64,000 nucleotides of DNA from an uncultured candidatus Porisulfidus sp. GTDB taxonomy: Bacteria; Pseudomonadota; Gammaproteobacteria; Poriferisulfidales; Poriferisulfidaceae. Below the pieces are notes generated by a model that did not search any database, was not told where the DNA came from, and worked only from the letters and a program-made list of their open reading frames with translations. Shown here piece by piece: positions 18,617 through 30,564 of the stretch (positions are counted from its first letter, which is position 1; each line of letters starts with the position of its first letter). The DNA is taken from contig OZ241993.1 of the NCBI GenBank assembly GCA_965204575.1, positions 288,001-352,000 of the forward strand, read 5' to 3'. Both the position numbers and the translations under genes were made by a program.

Positions 18617-18877
18617 TCAGGCCTGGCTGCTGCTGTCAAGCCATTCGATCAGATAGTACAGGTATTGTCCTTCGGAGGATTTTGACGGCCCTAGAACCTG
18701 GGCCGCGTGGCAATTGGCCTCGGCCTTCGCCTGCCGGACTGCCGCGTCGGAATTCTCCACAATCCGGACGATCCCGGCCGGAAAGCGTCGCCGGTTCCGG
18801 TTCGGGGCCTGAATGACCGCGTAATGAGTGCCTGAGACGGAAGTCTCCGGATCCGGCGGCACGAACCCCCGCATCAC
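18617..18877 (-). CDS. small hypothetical protein coupled to accC
   Basis: ATG overlaps the accC TGA; protein-like sequence ([12 protein letters not shown]...[20 protein letters not shown]). Confidence 0.65.
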   Translation of the reverse strand: MMRGFVPPDPETSVSGTHYAVIQAPNRNRRRFPAGIVRIVENSDAAVRQAKAEANCHAAQVLGPSKSSEGQYLYYLIEWLDSSSQA

Positions 18878-20223
18878 TCCTCGGCCGAAGCCGCACGATT
18901 CTCAAGGAAATGGATATTCACGCCGCCCTCCTGGAACTGCGGATCCTCCAACAGCTCTTGATGGAGCGGGACATTGGTGCGGATGCCCTCGACCACCAGC
19001 TCCGCCAAGGCGCGGTTCATCCGGCGCAGGGCCACGGTGCGGTCCCGCGCATGCGCGACAACCTTGCCGATCATGGAATCGTAGTTCGGCGGCACGGTGT
19101 AGCCGGTGTACAGGTGCGTGTCCATGCGCACGCCGGGGCCACCGGGACTGTGGAAGTGCGTGACCTTGCCAGGCTGCGGCAGGAAAGTCTTCGGATCTTC
19201 CGCATTGATCCGGCATTCCACAGCATGTCCACGCAAGCGCACTTCGGACTGCCGGATAGACAAGGGCTCGCCCTGTGCAACCAGCAACTGGTGGCGCACC
19301 AGATCAATGCCGGTGACCATCTCGGTCACCGGATGCTCGACCTGAATCCGGGTGTTCATTTCTATGAAGTAGAACTCCCCGTCCTGATACAGGAATTCGA
19401 ATGTTCCTACGCTTCGGTAATTCATCTTCTTGCAGGCCGCGGTCACCCGCTCGCCCAGTTCCATGCGCTGCTCTTCCGTGATGCCGGGTGCTGGAGATTC
19501 CTCGATGACCTTCTGGTGTCTGCGCTGCACCGAGCAATCGCGTTCGGCAAGATGAATGGCTTCACCATGGGCATCGGCCAGGACCTGAAATTCGATATGC
19601 CGAGGGTGATCCAGGAATTTCTCCAGATAGACCGCCCCGTTCCCGAAAGCCGCCTGCGCCTCGGCTCGGGTTAATTCCAAAGATTCTTCCAACTCCGCTT
19701 CCTCCCGAACCACTCGCATGCCGCGCCCGCCTCCACCTGCAGTCGCCTTGATCAGGACCGGGTAACCCACTTCGCGGGCCTGTGCCTTGCTGTCTTCGAG
19801 GGAGTCGGTCAGTTCTCCATCACTGCCCGGCACACACGGGAGACCGGCTGCCGAAGCCGCCTTCCGGGCCGCCGCCTTGTCGCCCATTTCGCGAATGTTC
19901 TGCGCCTGCGGCCCAACGAAGATAAAACCGCTGGACTCCACGCGCTCGGCGAAATCTGCATTTTCCGAAAGAAAACCGTAGCCAGGATGGATGGCATCGG
20001 CATTCGTGACCTCAGCCGCCGAAATGATCGCGGGGATATTCAGGTAGCTCTGCTGGGAATCTGCAGGACCGATGCACACCGACTCATCCGCCAGCCGCAC
20101 ATGCAGGAGATCGCGATCCACTTCGGAGTGCACTGCCACGGTTCGGACTCCAAGATCCCGGCAGGCTCGCAGGATGCGCAGGGCGATTTCCCCGCGGTTG
20201 GCGATCAGGACTTTTTCCAGCAC
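18874..20223 (-). CDS. accC: acetyl-CoA carboxylase biotin carboxylase
   Basis: [36 protein letters not shown] and [14 protein letters not shown] motifs. Confidence 0.98.
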   Translation of the reverse strand: MLEKVLIANRGEIALRILRACRDLGVRTVAVHSEVDRDLLHVRLADESVCIGPADSQQSYLNIPAIISAAEVTNADAIHPGYGFLSENADFAERVESSGFIFVGPQAQNIREMGDKAAARKAASAAGLPCVPGSDGELTDSLEDSKAQAREVGYPVLIKATAGGGGRGMRVVREEAELEESLELTRAEAQAAFGNGAVYLEKFLDHPRHIEFQVLADAHGEAIHLAERDCSVQRRHQKVIEESPAPGITEEQRMELGERVTAACKKMNYRSVGTFEFLYQDGEFYFIEMNTRIQVEHPVTEMVTGIDLVRHQLLVAQGEPLSIRQSEVRLRGHAVECRINAEDPKTFLPQPGKVTHFHSPGGPGVRMDTHLYTGYTVPPNYDSMIGKVVAHARDRTVALRRMNRALAELVVEGIRTNVPLHQELLEDPQFQEGGVNIHFLENRAASAEE

Positions 20224-20229
20224 CGCCTT

Positions 20230-20697
20230 TCAGCCGATGATGAACAGTGCCTGCCCATATTCCACGGGCGTCGCGTTTTCGACCAGGATGGCCCGAACCG
20301 CTCCCCCCTTGTCGGCCTCAATCCGGTTCAGCATCTTCATGGCCTCCACGATGCACAGAGTGTCGCCTTCCGCAACCTGATCCCCCACGTTGACAAAAGG
20401 CTTCGCGCCCGGAGAAGGAGCGGAATAGAACGTCCCGACCATCGGCGACACAACCCGGTGTCCTGCCGGAAGATCATCCCCGGGCGGTTCCTCCTCGGCA
20501 TCGGGGACAGGCTCGGTGGACGCGGGCGCAGTTGCCGGTGCCGCCGCAGGGACGGGAACCTGAACCTGGGGCATGGGAACGGCGGTCGAACTGGTACGAC
20601 TGATGCGAACCGATTCCTCGCCCTCGGAGATCTCGATCTCCGCAACATCGGATTCCTCCAGCAACTGGATCAGGCTCTTGATCTTTCGCAGATCCAT
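20230..20697 (-). CDS. accB: biotin carboxyl carrier protein
   Basis: [10 protein letters not shown] start at 20697; SPMVGTFY; EAMKM biotinylation motif. Confidence 0.97.
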   Translation of the reverse strand: MDLRKIKSLIQLLEESDVAEIEISEGEESVRISRTSSTAVPMPQVQVPVPAAAPATAPASTEPVPDAEEEPPGDDLPAGHRVVSPMVGTFYSAPSPGAKPFVNVGDQVAEGDTLCIVEAMKMLNRIEADKGGAVRAILVENATPVEYGQALFIIG

Positions 20698-21143
20698 CAG
20701 GCGTTCTTCTCCAGCCAAGCCACGGCGGCCTGCAGCGCCAACACATAACCTTGCGCCCCAAGGCCGGAAATCACGCCGATTGCGATGTCGGACAGGTAGG
20801 ACACCTGCCGAAAATCCTCGCGCGCGAACACATTGGACAAGTGGACTTCGATGAATGGAATCGAAGTCCCCAGCAACGCGTCCCGAAGCGCGATGCTGGT
20901 GTGCGTCAGCGCCCCCGGATTGAACAGGATGAATTCCACCTTGTCCTCGCGCGCCTGGTGGATCCGGTTCACCAGTTCGCTCTCGGAGTTGGACTGCAGG
21001 GTTTCAATGGTGCAATCATGGTGCACCGCATATGACCCGACCTCCTCCATGATCTCTTCCAGGGAATCCGAACCATAGATTTCCGGTTCGCGAGTGCCTA
21101 GAAGGTTGAGGTTGGGACCGTTGAGAACCAGAATGCGCGACAT
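20697..21143 (-). CDS. aroQ: type II 3-dehydroquinate dehydratase
   Basis: [27 protein letters not shown] and EVHLSN motifs. Confidence 0.98.
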   Translation of the reverse strand: MSRILVLNGPNLNLLGTREPEIYGSDSLEEIMEEVGSYAVHHDCTIETLQSNSESELVNRIHQAREDKVEFILFNPGALTHTSIALRDALLGTSIPFIEVHLSNVFAREDFRQVSYLSDIAIGVISGLGAQGYVLALQAAVAWLEKNA

Positions 21144-21253
21144 AGGGGACCTAAATGTATTGCCTGAACGGGCACAAGTTTACCATAAAACAAAGAAACG
21201 GACTTTTACAGTAATTTTGACGTTAAATAGTGAAAAATATCGATAAATAAGGA

Positions 21254-23056
21254 CTACTTGGAAAACTCGAGCACTTCATCAAGCATCATGGCGAACCGGG
21301 GTGCGGGGACATAGCTGACGGTTCTGAACGCGCGCAATTCCTCTCCTTCGGACGTATAAAAAAGGATCGCGGGCGGTCCGAACAGGCCCAGTGATCCGAG
21401 CAATTCCTTGTCATCTTCATCGTTGGCCGTGACGTCGGCCTTCAAAAGCGTGAAGCGACGCATCCGCGCCTGAACCTCGGGATCAGAAAACGTGAATGCG
21501 TCGAGCTCGTGACAGGTGACGCACCAGTCGGCGTAAAAATCAACCAATACCGGCTGTCCTTCCGCACTCGCCAGCTCCCGGTCCAGGTCTGCCACGGTCT
21601 TGATGGGACGGAATTCCACTGACGGCTCGACCGACCCCGGGGGATTCGTGAAATGCGCCCAAGGCCGCACCAGGCTGTCGCCTCCGGTCGCGGCCCCCAC
21701 CAGCAGGACCCCGCCGTAAATGAGAAACGCCAGCCCCACGCCTCTGCCAAGACGGCTCAATGTATTGGCATCCGGGGGCAGGGATTCGACGGCGTGCAGG
21801 ATCATGCCGAGCAACAGCAGCAGCAGCCCGCTCAGTCCCAATGTCACCTGTCCGGGAACCACCCGGTCCAGCATCCAGATCGAAAGCGCCAGCAGCAATA
21901 CGCCGAATACCGCCTTGATCCGTACCATCCAGGGCCCCGAATGCGGCATGAAACGGCCTTCGAAAGTGCCGAATGCCAACAGCGGAAGCCCCAGTCCCAG
22001 CCCCATCCCGAACAGGCTGACTGCACCGCTCACAGGGTTGCCGGTGTCGGCGATGTGAATCAAGGCTCCCACCAAGGGCGGCGACACGCAGGGACTGGCC
22101 ACCAGCGCTCCGAGAAGGCCCATGACCGCGGCGCTCAGGTAACTGCCGCTGCCCACGAACCTCTCCCCCACATGGTGCAGGAAATTATGGAGACCCGCCG
22201 GCATGCGGAAGTCATAGACGCCGAACATCGACAGGGCCATCAGAAGCAGAATCAGCACGAAACCGCCGATCACCCAGACGTTCTGCATATACGCCTGAAG
22301 ATTGGCCCCGGTCAAGCCGATGATGGTCCCGAGCATCGCGTAGGTGGTCGCCATCGCCAGCACGTAGACCAGCGACAGGCGCAACGCGCGGGCCGTACCG
22401 GCATTCGCACCCGCGATCACACCGGCCAGGATCGGAATCATCGGCAACACGCACGGCGTGAACGCCAGCAACAGGCCGAACCCGCCGAACACGATGAAAC
22501 TCCAGATCAGGGTTTCCTCGGACAGGTCTTGGGCGATCTGATCGGCACGCGACAGCAACCCGCCCGATCGATTCTTCGTCCCTGCAGCGGTGGAGGGGGC
22601 CGGATCAGAGCCGTCCAGGCTGACTTTGATGATTTTGGTCTGCGGCGGATAGCAGACACCCTTCTCGGCGCACCCCTGGTAGTTCGCAACCAAAGCAACC
22701 CCGCCGGATTCCGCCGCCTCAGCCAAGCGCAGGTCCACCGCGACGTCGCCCGACCACGTCTGGACCTTCCCGAACAACGGGTCATCCTTGACGACACCCG
22801 ACGGCAACTCGTACGGCATGAGCCCGGCGTCATTCCCCTCGATGGAAAAACTGGTCTTGTCCCGGTACAGGTAGTATCCTTCGGCAACCCTGAAAGATGC
22901 CTGAAATCTCTCCGAATCCTCGGGCATCACGGTCAGGACGAATGCCTCGTCCGGATGCAGGAACTCCTGCTCTCCAGAATCAAACAAGTCCGCAGCCCCG
23001 GCCGGCAGCGCCACCAGCCACGGCAGCAAAAAGATCAGACGGAGCCTTGCAGCCAT
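21254..23056 (-). CDS. dsbD: thiol:disulfide interchange protein DsbD
   Basis: QGCAEKGVCYPP, FTPCVLPMIP, ASPCVSPPL and DFYADWCVTC motifs; signal peptide from ATG 23056. Confidence 0.95.
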   Translation of the reverse strand: MAARLRLIFLLPWLVALPAGAADLFDSGEQEFLHPDEAFVLTVMPEDSERFQASFRVAEGYYLYRDKTSFSIEGNDAGLMPYELPSGVVKDDPLFGKVQTWSGDVAVDLRLAEAAESGGVALVANYQGCAEKGVCYPPQTKIIKVSLDGSDPAPSTAAGTKNRSGGLLSRADQIAQDLSEETLIWSFIVFGGFGLLLAFTPCVLPMIPILAGVIAGANAGTARALRLSLVYVLAMATTYAMLGTIIGLTGANLQAYMQNVWVIGGFVLILLLMALSMFGVYDFRMPAGLHNFLHHVGERFVGSGSYLSAAVMGLLGALVASPCVSPPLVGALIHIADTGNPVSGAVSLFGMGLGLGLPLLAFGTFEGRFMPHSGPWMVRIKAVFGVLLLALSIWMLDRVVPGQVTLGLSGLLLLLLGMILHAVESLPPDANTLSRLGRGVGLAFLIYGGVLLVGAATGGDSLVRPWAHFTNPPGSVEPSVEFRPIKTVADLDRELASAEGQPVLVDFYADWCVTCHELDAFTFSDPEVQARMRRFTLLKADVTANDEDDKELLGSLGLFGPPAILFYTSEGEELRAFRTVSYVPAPRFAMMLDEVLEFSK

Positions 23057-23358
23057 TTCAGATACGGCTCCGAGCCGTCCGTGATCGGAAGAGTGATGAA
23101 TTCCGGCAGTTCGTAGGGGTGGGCTTCCAGCAGGGCGTCCTGAAGATCCGCCTGCCGGGCGCGGGTGGTCTTGATCAGCAACAGGATTTCCGGTTCTTCT
23201 TCCACCGCCCCCTTCCAGCTGTAAGTAGAAGCGACACGGATCTGGTTGACGCAGGCAGCCAGGCGGTTCTCGACCAGTTGGCGTGCAAGATCCCGTGCCT
23301 GCGGCTCGTCGGAAACCGTCGTCAGGGCAAGGATGCATTCGGTGCAGTTCATACGCAT
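23035..23358 (-). CDS. cutA: divalent-cation tolerance protein CutA
   Basis: LVENRLAACVN, STYSWKG, HPYELPE and YLKWL motifs. Confidence 0.95.
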   Translation of the reverse strand: MRMNCTECILALTTVSDEPQARDLARQLVENRLAACVNQIRVASTYSWKGAVEEEPEILLLIKTTRARQADLQDALLEAHPYELPEFITLPITDGSEPYLKWLQGSV

Positions 23359-23410
23359 ATTCTAATTTATGGCCGCCGCCCTCCCCATCGCCGCGCCTCC
23401 CGAGAAAACG

Positions 23411-24886
23411 TCAGCGTACGACTTTGGCCGCCTCTCCGGGAGTCGGTTCACCCGACGGGTACGCCGCATTGAAAAGCCTCAATTGATCTTCAGGATACGG
23501 ATCCCATTCGGCACCCTCGGCATAGGCGGCATAGGTGTCTCCGGCCTTGGCCTCGACGATCTTCAACTGGGGCGGCCGCGCCGCATCGTACTCGGCCTTC
23601 GTCATCGGCCTCAAGCTCTGGAATGTTTCTTGTACCGCCCCGGCATAGCGCCGAAATGCCTCCGGTCGGTCCGATTGTGCAGCGGCGATCAGGAAAATCT
23701 CGGGAGAATGTTCCAGAACCAGGATGTCCGCCGCAGACCGGCTATCCCAAACCCGCGCCTGGCATCCGGAAAATCCTTCCGTCGCGCGAACCCTCAACTG
23801 GGCCACGTTCTCGAACCGTCGGCGTAGAAAGTCGCAGGAAGGTTGCCGGGCATTCCGTTCGATCAAGGTCAATCGGATCTGCATGTCCCGGCCCGGCGCC
23901 TGCGCAATCAAGCGATCCGGGAGGTTTGCGGTTTCCCATCCTTCCGGGAACGCGAGGGTGAAGTCATAGCTTCGATGGTAGAAATAACGCCCGCGCAACA
24001 GGCCTTCGAACTCGGCGGGACCGACCGCCATGCCGTCGACATGGCGCAGGTATTCCCCGCGTCGCACCAGCGCTTCCGAATCGGAACGGTGCTGGTTTGC
24101 CTCCCGGGTCACCTCCTGAGAGCGGTCGTCGTTATCGGGGTGCGTGGCGAAGAGGCCGTGACTGATTTGGGGCTTGCGCCCTTCCTGTCTCGCCATCTTA
24201 ATTTCGTGGGACTCCAGATTCTTCAGGATCCGGATGACCTCAAGCAGCGCTTCGGGGTCGTATCCGGCCAGCGCCGCATAGCGTGCGCCCAACCGGTCCG
24301 CTTCCAGTTCATTCTCGCGCCCGTAGCCGCGAAGATGCACCTCTCCCAGAATGTTCGCCGCGTTGTCAACCAGCGTACTGTCGGTCGCCACGTCCAGCAC
24401 CAGTTTGATAATATCGACCGTCTGCTGTTGCCCGATCCTCTGAGCCGTGTGCCGCGCCGTAATGTGCGCCAGCTCGTGCCCCAGCACGCCAGCCAGTTCC
24501 GCCTCGGAATTGAGCAGGGCCAGCATGCCTCGCGTGATGTAGACGTAGCCGGGCGTGGCCAAGGCATTGACCATCGGGGTGTCGAGCACCGTGAAACGGT
24601 AGCCCAGTTCCGGGCGGTGCGTGTGGGGGACCAGCGCCTGGCCGACTTGCGAGACGTACTCCTGGAGCATGGGGTTGTCGTAGTAGCCATACAGGTTGAG
24701 GATTGCCGGGTGGGCCTCATGCCCGAGTTCCAGTTCCCGCTGCTCGTCGACCACCGTCCAGTCCCGTTCTCCGGTGACCGGGTTCGCGGCGCCCACGCAG
24801 GCGCTGACTGACGCACCCAGCGCCAGCGTCAACAGAGAAGTTCGAAAGAAAGAAAGGGTCGGAAGCCGGCGATGCTCAGCTGCCAT
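23411..24886 (-). CDS. M48-family zinc metalloprotease lipoprotein with C-terminal extension
   Basis: Lipobox [29 protein letters not shown] (HExxH), ELEAD and ATHP motifs. Confidence 0.88.
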   Translation of the reverse strand: MAAEHRRLPTLSFFRTSLLTLALGASVSACVGAANPVTGERDWTVVDEQRELELGHEAHPAILNLYGYYDNPMLQEYVSQVGQALVPHTHRPELGYRFTVLDTPMVNALATPGYVYITRGMLALLNSEAELAGVLGHELAHITARHTAQRIGQQQTVDIIKLVLDVATDSTLVDNAANILGEVHLRGYGRENELEADRLGARYAALAGYDPEALLEVIRILKNLESHEIKMARQEGRKPQISHGLFATHPDNDDRSQEVTREANQHRSDSEALVRRGEYLRHVDGMAVGPAEFEGLLRGRYFYHRSYDFTLAFPEGWETANLPDRLIAQAPGRDMQIRLTLIERNARQPSCDFLRRRFENVAQLRVRATEGFSGCQARVWDSRSAADILVLEHSPEIFLIAAAQSDRPEAFRRYAGAVQETFQSLRPMTKAEYDAARPPQLKIVEAKAGDTYAAYAEGAEWDPYPEDQLRLFNAAYPSGEPTPGEAAKVVR

Positions 24887-25076
24887 AACGCTTGCGGAAT
24901 TTGTCGACCTGTTTCGCAGTTTCCAGGATCTTCTGCTTCCCGGTATAAAACGGGTGGCAATTCGAACAGATTTCCACATGCAGTTCGTCTCCGGCATAGG
25001 TCGAGCGCGTCTGAAAGCGATTGCCGCAGGCGCAAACGACCATAATGTCGTGATAGTTGTAGTCTTGAACTGCCAT
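24876..25076 (-). CDS. rpmE: 50S ribosomal protein L31 (Zn-binding type)
   Basis: [27 protein letters not shown] and VDKFRKRYG motifs. Confidence 0.95.
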   Translation of the reverse strand: MAVQDYNYHDIMVVCACGNRFQTRSTYAGDELHVEICSNCHPFYTGKQKILETAKQVDKFRKRYGS

Positions 25077-25107
25077 GCTCGTAAAACCGGGGTGAACCGG
25101 GGCGCGT

Positions 25108-25116
25108 AGTATATCA
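25108..25116 (-). promoter_or_regulatory. extended -10 promoter of rpmE
   Basis: Minus strand TGATATACT (TGn-TATACT) followed by a GC-rich discriminator acgcgcccc. Confidence 0.55.
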
Positions 25117-25130
25117 GGAAGCAGCAAAAT

Positions 25131-26273
25131 TCAGGTGCCAGCCGGCAGGAACAGCTCGCAAAGGTCGTTCAGATAGCGCCAACCCCGTGTGCTGGCGCGC
25201 AAGTTCCTCGGCGACTCCGTGACCAGGCCGAGGGCGCGGGCTTTTTCCAGCACGCCGGCCAAGACTTTCCGGGGCTGCCCGGTCCGGGTCTCGAACAGTA
25301 CCCAAGCCGCCCCCGCCTTCAGGCGAAGCGCGCCCAGCATAAATTCGAAGATTCGGTTTTCAGCACCCCGGTGTCGCCGTTCGATTTCCGCCCCTTCTCT
25401 TTCCACCGCTTCCATCCAATCGCCCGGGTTGTATGCCTGCACCGTTCGGAACACTTCCCCGGCCGCATCCGTCAATTTGCCGTGCGCGCCGGCCCCTACA
25501 CCGAGGTAGTCTCCGTACTCCCAGTAGTTCACGTTATGCCGGCAGACCGCTTCACCCCGGCACCAGGCGGAAACTTCGTATTGGGCGTAGCCTGCGCGTT
25601 CCAGTATCCCGGCACCTTCCGCGGACATCTCCCATAAGCGGTCCCCGTCTGGAAGCGGAGGGGGTTTGACGGCAAAGGGCGTGCCGGGTTCCAGCGTCAA
25701 CTGGTACCAGGACAGGTGCTCCGGCTCGAAAGCCAGGGCCGTCTCAAGGTCAGCGCACGCTTGCTCCACCGGCTGATTCGGCAGACCGTACATCAGATCC
25801 AGATTGAGGCGTGAAAAGCCTGCCTGCCTCGCGAAATCGATGGCTGCATGGGCATCCGTCCGGTCATGGGCCCGACCGAGTCGGCGCAGGCATCCGTCGT
25901 CGAAACTCTGTACGCCGATCGACAGGCGGTTGACGCCCGCTTCCCGGTAACCCGCGAAATGGCCCCGGTCGGCCGATTGCGGGTTGGCCTCCAGCGTGAC
26001 TTCCAGCGAAGGGCTGCAATCAAATTCCGCCCGAATCGCGTCCAGCACGCGCCGGATCGCCTCCGGAGAGAACCGGCTGGGCGTGCCCCCGCCAAAAAAC
26101 ACGCTTTCGATGGTTCGCCCTTGAGCGATTCCCGTCGCTCGCCCGAATTCCCGGACCAGGCATTCCACGTATCGTGTTTCCTCGAACGTCGAAGCCGCGT
26201 GGGCATTGAAATCGCAGTATGGGCAGCGCGAGACGCACCAGGGAAAGTGTACGTACAGGGACAGCGGAATCAT
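25131..26273 (-). CDS. hemW: radical SAM heme chaperone HemW
   Basis: LYVHFPWCVSRCPYCDFN, FFGGGTPS, HNVNYW and GAGAHGK motifs; downstream of rdgB. Confidence 0.93.
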   Translation of the reverse strand: MIPLSLYVHFPWCVSRCPYCDFNAHAASTFEETRYVECLVREFGRATGIAQGRTIESVFFGGGTPSRFSPEAIRRVLDAIRAEFDCSPSLEVTLEANPQSADRGHFAGYREAGVNRLSIGVQSFDDGCLRRLGRAHDRTDAHAAIDFARQAGFSRLNLDLMYGLPNQPVEQACADLETALAFEPEHLSWYQLTLEPGTPFAVKPPPLPDGDRLWEMSAEGAGILERAGYAQYEVSAWCRGEAVCRHNVNYWEYGDYLGVGAGAHGKLTDAAGEVFRTVQAYNPGDWMEAVEREGAEIERRHRGAENRIFEFMLGALRLKAGAAWVLFETRTGQPRKVLAGVLEKARALGLVTESPRNLRASTRGWRYLNDLCELFLPAGT

Positions 26274-26863
26274 GTGTTGGCTTGCAGGCGTTCGACCAAG
26301 GCGCGCAGTGCGGCACCGCGGTGGCTGAGGGAATTTTTGACGTCCGGGTCCAGTTCAGCCGAGGCACAGCCATGCGTCGGCACGTAGAACAAGGGATCGT
26401 AGCCAAAACCGTTGTGGCCCTGCGGCGCTTCGAGGATCCGGCCCTCCCAGGCACCGCGGGCAATCAGCGGATCCGGGTCTTCGGCCGTACGCACCAGGGC
26501 GATGACACATTGGTAGCGAGCACTGCGCTGTTCTTCCGGCACTCCTTCAAGCTCTTGCAGCAGGAGCCGATTGTTGGCCTCGTCGTCGCATTGCGGACCC
26601 GCGTAGCGAGCCGAATAAACGCCCGGGCGCCCGTCCAAGGCATCCACTTCGATCCCCGAGTCGTCCGCAAGCGCAGCCAGACCGGTGCAGGCCGCCGCAT
26701 GATGGGCTTTAAGCAACGCGTTCGCTTCGAAAGTTGTTCCTGTCTCTTCCGCTTCCGGGACTCCGAGACCGCCTTGCGCAACCAGTTCCCAGCCCATCGG
26801 GCGGAGCACAGCGTCCAACTCGCGCAACTTTCCCGGATTGTTGCTGGCCAGCACGACTTTCAC
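26270..26863 (-). CDS. rdgB: non-canonical purine NTP pyrophosphatase
   Basis: GTG 26863; [32 protein letters not shown] and SHRG motifs. Confidence 0.96.
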   Translation of the reverse strand: MKVVLASNNPGKLRELDAVLRPMGWELVAQGGLGVPEAEETGTTFEANALLKAHHAAACTGLAALADDSGIEVDALDGRPGVYSARYAGPQCDDEANNRLLLQELEGVPEEQRSARYQCVIALVRTAEDPDPLIARGAWEGRILEAPQGHNGFGYDPLFYVPTHGCASAELDPDVKNSLSHRGAALRALVERLQANT

Positions 26864-27582
26864 TGTGCGCGAACCTGCCTCTGCTGCTGCATGATCTCCC
26901 GGATCCCGGCTTCCGCAAGGTCGAGCATGGCATCCAACTCCTTTCGCTGGAACGCGTGCCCTTCCGCCGTGCCCTGGATTTCGATGATCGAGCCCGCGTC
27001 GTTCATCACGACATTCATGTCGGTCTCCGCCGTGGAATCTTCCGCATAGTCCAGATCCAGCCGGGCTTCGCCATCGACGATCCCGACGGATATCGCTGCA
27101 ATCTGCCCATGCACCGGGTCGGTTTGCAGCACCCCCTTCTCGCGCAAGGCATCCACTGCGTCTTGCAGTGCCATGAACGCACCGTTGATGGCGGCCGTAC
27201 GCGTCCCTCCATCCGCCTGAAGCACGTCGCAATCCAAGGTCAGAGTGTTCTCACCCAGCGCCTCAAGGTCGAGCACGGCGCGCAAGGAACGACCGATCAG
27301 GCGCTGAATTTCCATGGTGCGCCCGCCCTGTCCGCCACTGCGGGCCTCGCGCCGGGTGCGCTCGCTGGTAGCGCGCGGCAGCATGCCGTACTCGGCGGTC
27401 ACCCAGCCGCTTCCCGTGCCCTTGAGCCAGCGCGGCACTCCCGGTTCGAATGTTGCCGTGCACAGCACGCGGGTGGCGCCCTGTTCGTACAGGACGGAGC
27501 CCTCGGCATGCTTCACGTAGTGGCGTTGATGGCGGATCGGACGCAGTTCATCCGGTGCGCGGCCGCTGGGACGTTCGGACAT
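26860..27582 (-). CDS. rph: ribonuclease PH
   Basis: [42 protein letters not shown] and EIQGTAE motifs. Confidence 0.98.
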   Translation of the reverse strand: MSERPSGRAPDELRPIRHQRHYVKHAEGSVLYEQGATRVLCTATFEPGVPRWLKGTGSGWVTAEYGMLPRATSERTRREARSGGQGGRTMEIQRLIGRSLRAVLDLEALGENTLTLDCDVLQADGGTRTAAINGAFMALQDAVDALREKGVLQTDPVHGQIAAISVGIVDGEARLDLDYAEDSTAETDMNVVMNDAGSIIEIQGTAEGHAFQRKELDAMLDLAEAGIREIMQQQRQVRAQ

Positions 27583-27700
27583 GATGGAGATGGAACAAAT
27601 TGAAAATTGTGGCGGAAAGTCGGGTCGCCCCGAAGCAGCCCCTATTATGGCACCCGGCTTCGCCCGTACAGTCCAGAAGTCCGGAGGGCCTGTTTTTCCA

Positions 27701-27711
27701 GGGGGGGGGGG
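27701..27711. repeat. G11 homopolymer in the divergent rph / DUF1640 intergenic region
   Basis: 11 consecutive G. Confidence 0.85.
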
Positions 27712-28009
27712 CAGGCCCGAATCGCCCTAAACTTACATAAGTCAAAAAACTTTACATTTATAGTTTTTTTACATAGGAAATAATTGTTTTTCAATAGTTT
27801 AAGAGCATGAAAAAATGGTCTAAAAAATCCGACCATTTTTCCTTCCATTTCGAGACCCTATGCGGTACAACAGGGGTTCGAAACCAGCCCCACAGGAGTG
27901 CTATATTATGGGCATCGCCGACCCGACCCCCGAAGGAAGACCCTCCCAATCACGAACTTCCCCTGCCTCGACCAGACGGGCGGGCAGACCAGTGAAAGAG
28001 GAACACCCC

Positions 28010-28525
28010 ATGTTTGACACGCTCCAGGTCACCAAGGAATTGCGGGAATCCGGACTTGCCGAACCTCAGGCCGAGGCGATTGTCGTCGCTTTCGGGGCCA
28101 TTGCCGGGAACGTCTTGACCAAGGATGATCTGGAGGATTTCGCGACTAGGGATGATCTGAAGGATTTCGCGACCAAGGACGACCTGAAAGGTTTCGCGAC
28201 CAAGGATGATTTGAAGAATTTTGCGACCAAGGACGACCTGAAAGGTTTCGCGACCAAGGATGATTTGAAGAATTTTGCGACCAAGGACGACCTGAAGGAC
28301 TTGGAAGCGAGGATGGCAACCAAGGACGACCTGAAAGCCCTGGAAGAAAAGATGGCGACCAAGGACGACCTGAAACATTTTGTAACGGAGGCCGGCATGC
28401 ACAAGGCTTTTGGTGAATTTTCCGAGAAAATCCATCGTTCTCTCTTGCAGGTCGCGATGGGGACTGTCACGGTCAACATCGCCATGGTGACCGCGATCTT
28501 CGTCGTGGCGAAGTACCTGTTCTAG
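28010..28525 (+). CDS. DUF1640/CCDC90-like membrane-anchored coiled-coil protein
   Basis: Head FDTLQVTKELRESGLAEPQAEAIV, ATKDDL repeats and a C-terminal TM helix; GAGG SD before ATG 28010. Confidence 0.82.
   Translation: MFDTLQVTKELRESGLAEPQAEAIVVAFGAIAGNVLTKDDLEDFATRDDLKDFATKDDLKGFATKDDLKNFATKDDLKGFATKDDLKNFATKDDLKDLEARMATKDDLKALEEKMATKDDLKHFVTEAGMHKAFGEFSEKIHRSLLQVAMGTVTVNIAMVTAIFVVAKYLF
28118..28384 (+). repeat. in-frame tandem repeat: six 27-nt units, two 39-nt units and one 27-nt unit
   Basis: Each unit begins acYaRggaYgaYYtg and encodes TKDDLKxFA; includes an exact 54-nt duplication. Confidence 0.93.
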
Positions 28526-28683
28526 ATTCTTCGGGCCTCCACCCGAGCCAGGCGGGCGCCACGTCGCGCAAACTCCAATCTGGTGCGATAATGGTAGACC
28601 GTGATGCACGCCCTTTCGCATCCGGCCCCTGAAACCCGTTGCGGCTTCCGCCTCCGGCTGGCGGAAGGTTGCGGATTTATTGA

Positions 28684-30561
<1,878 letters not shown>

Positions 30562-30564
30562 ACC

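Noticed and set aside
27872-27892. GGGGTTCGAAACC as a tRNA T-arm or attachment-site remnant
   Set aside because: The stem does not pair over 5 bp and there is no acceptor stem or CCA
28118-28384. 27-nt repeats as a possible CRISPR array
   Set aside because: Contiguous in-frame coding repeats with no unique spacers and no cas genes
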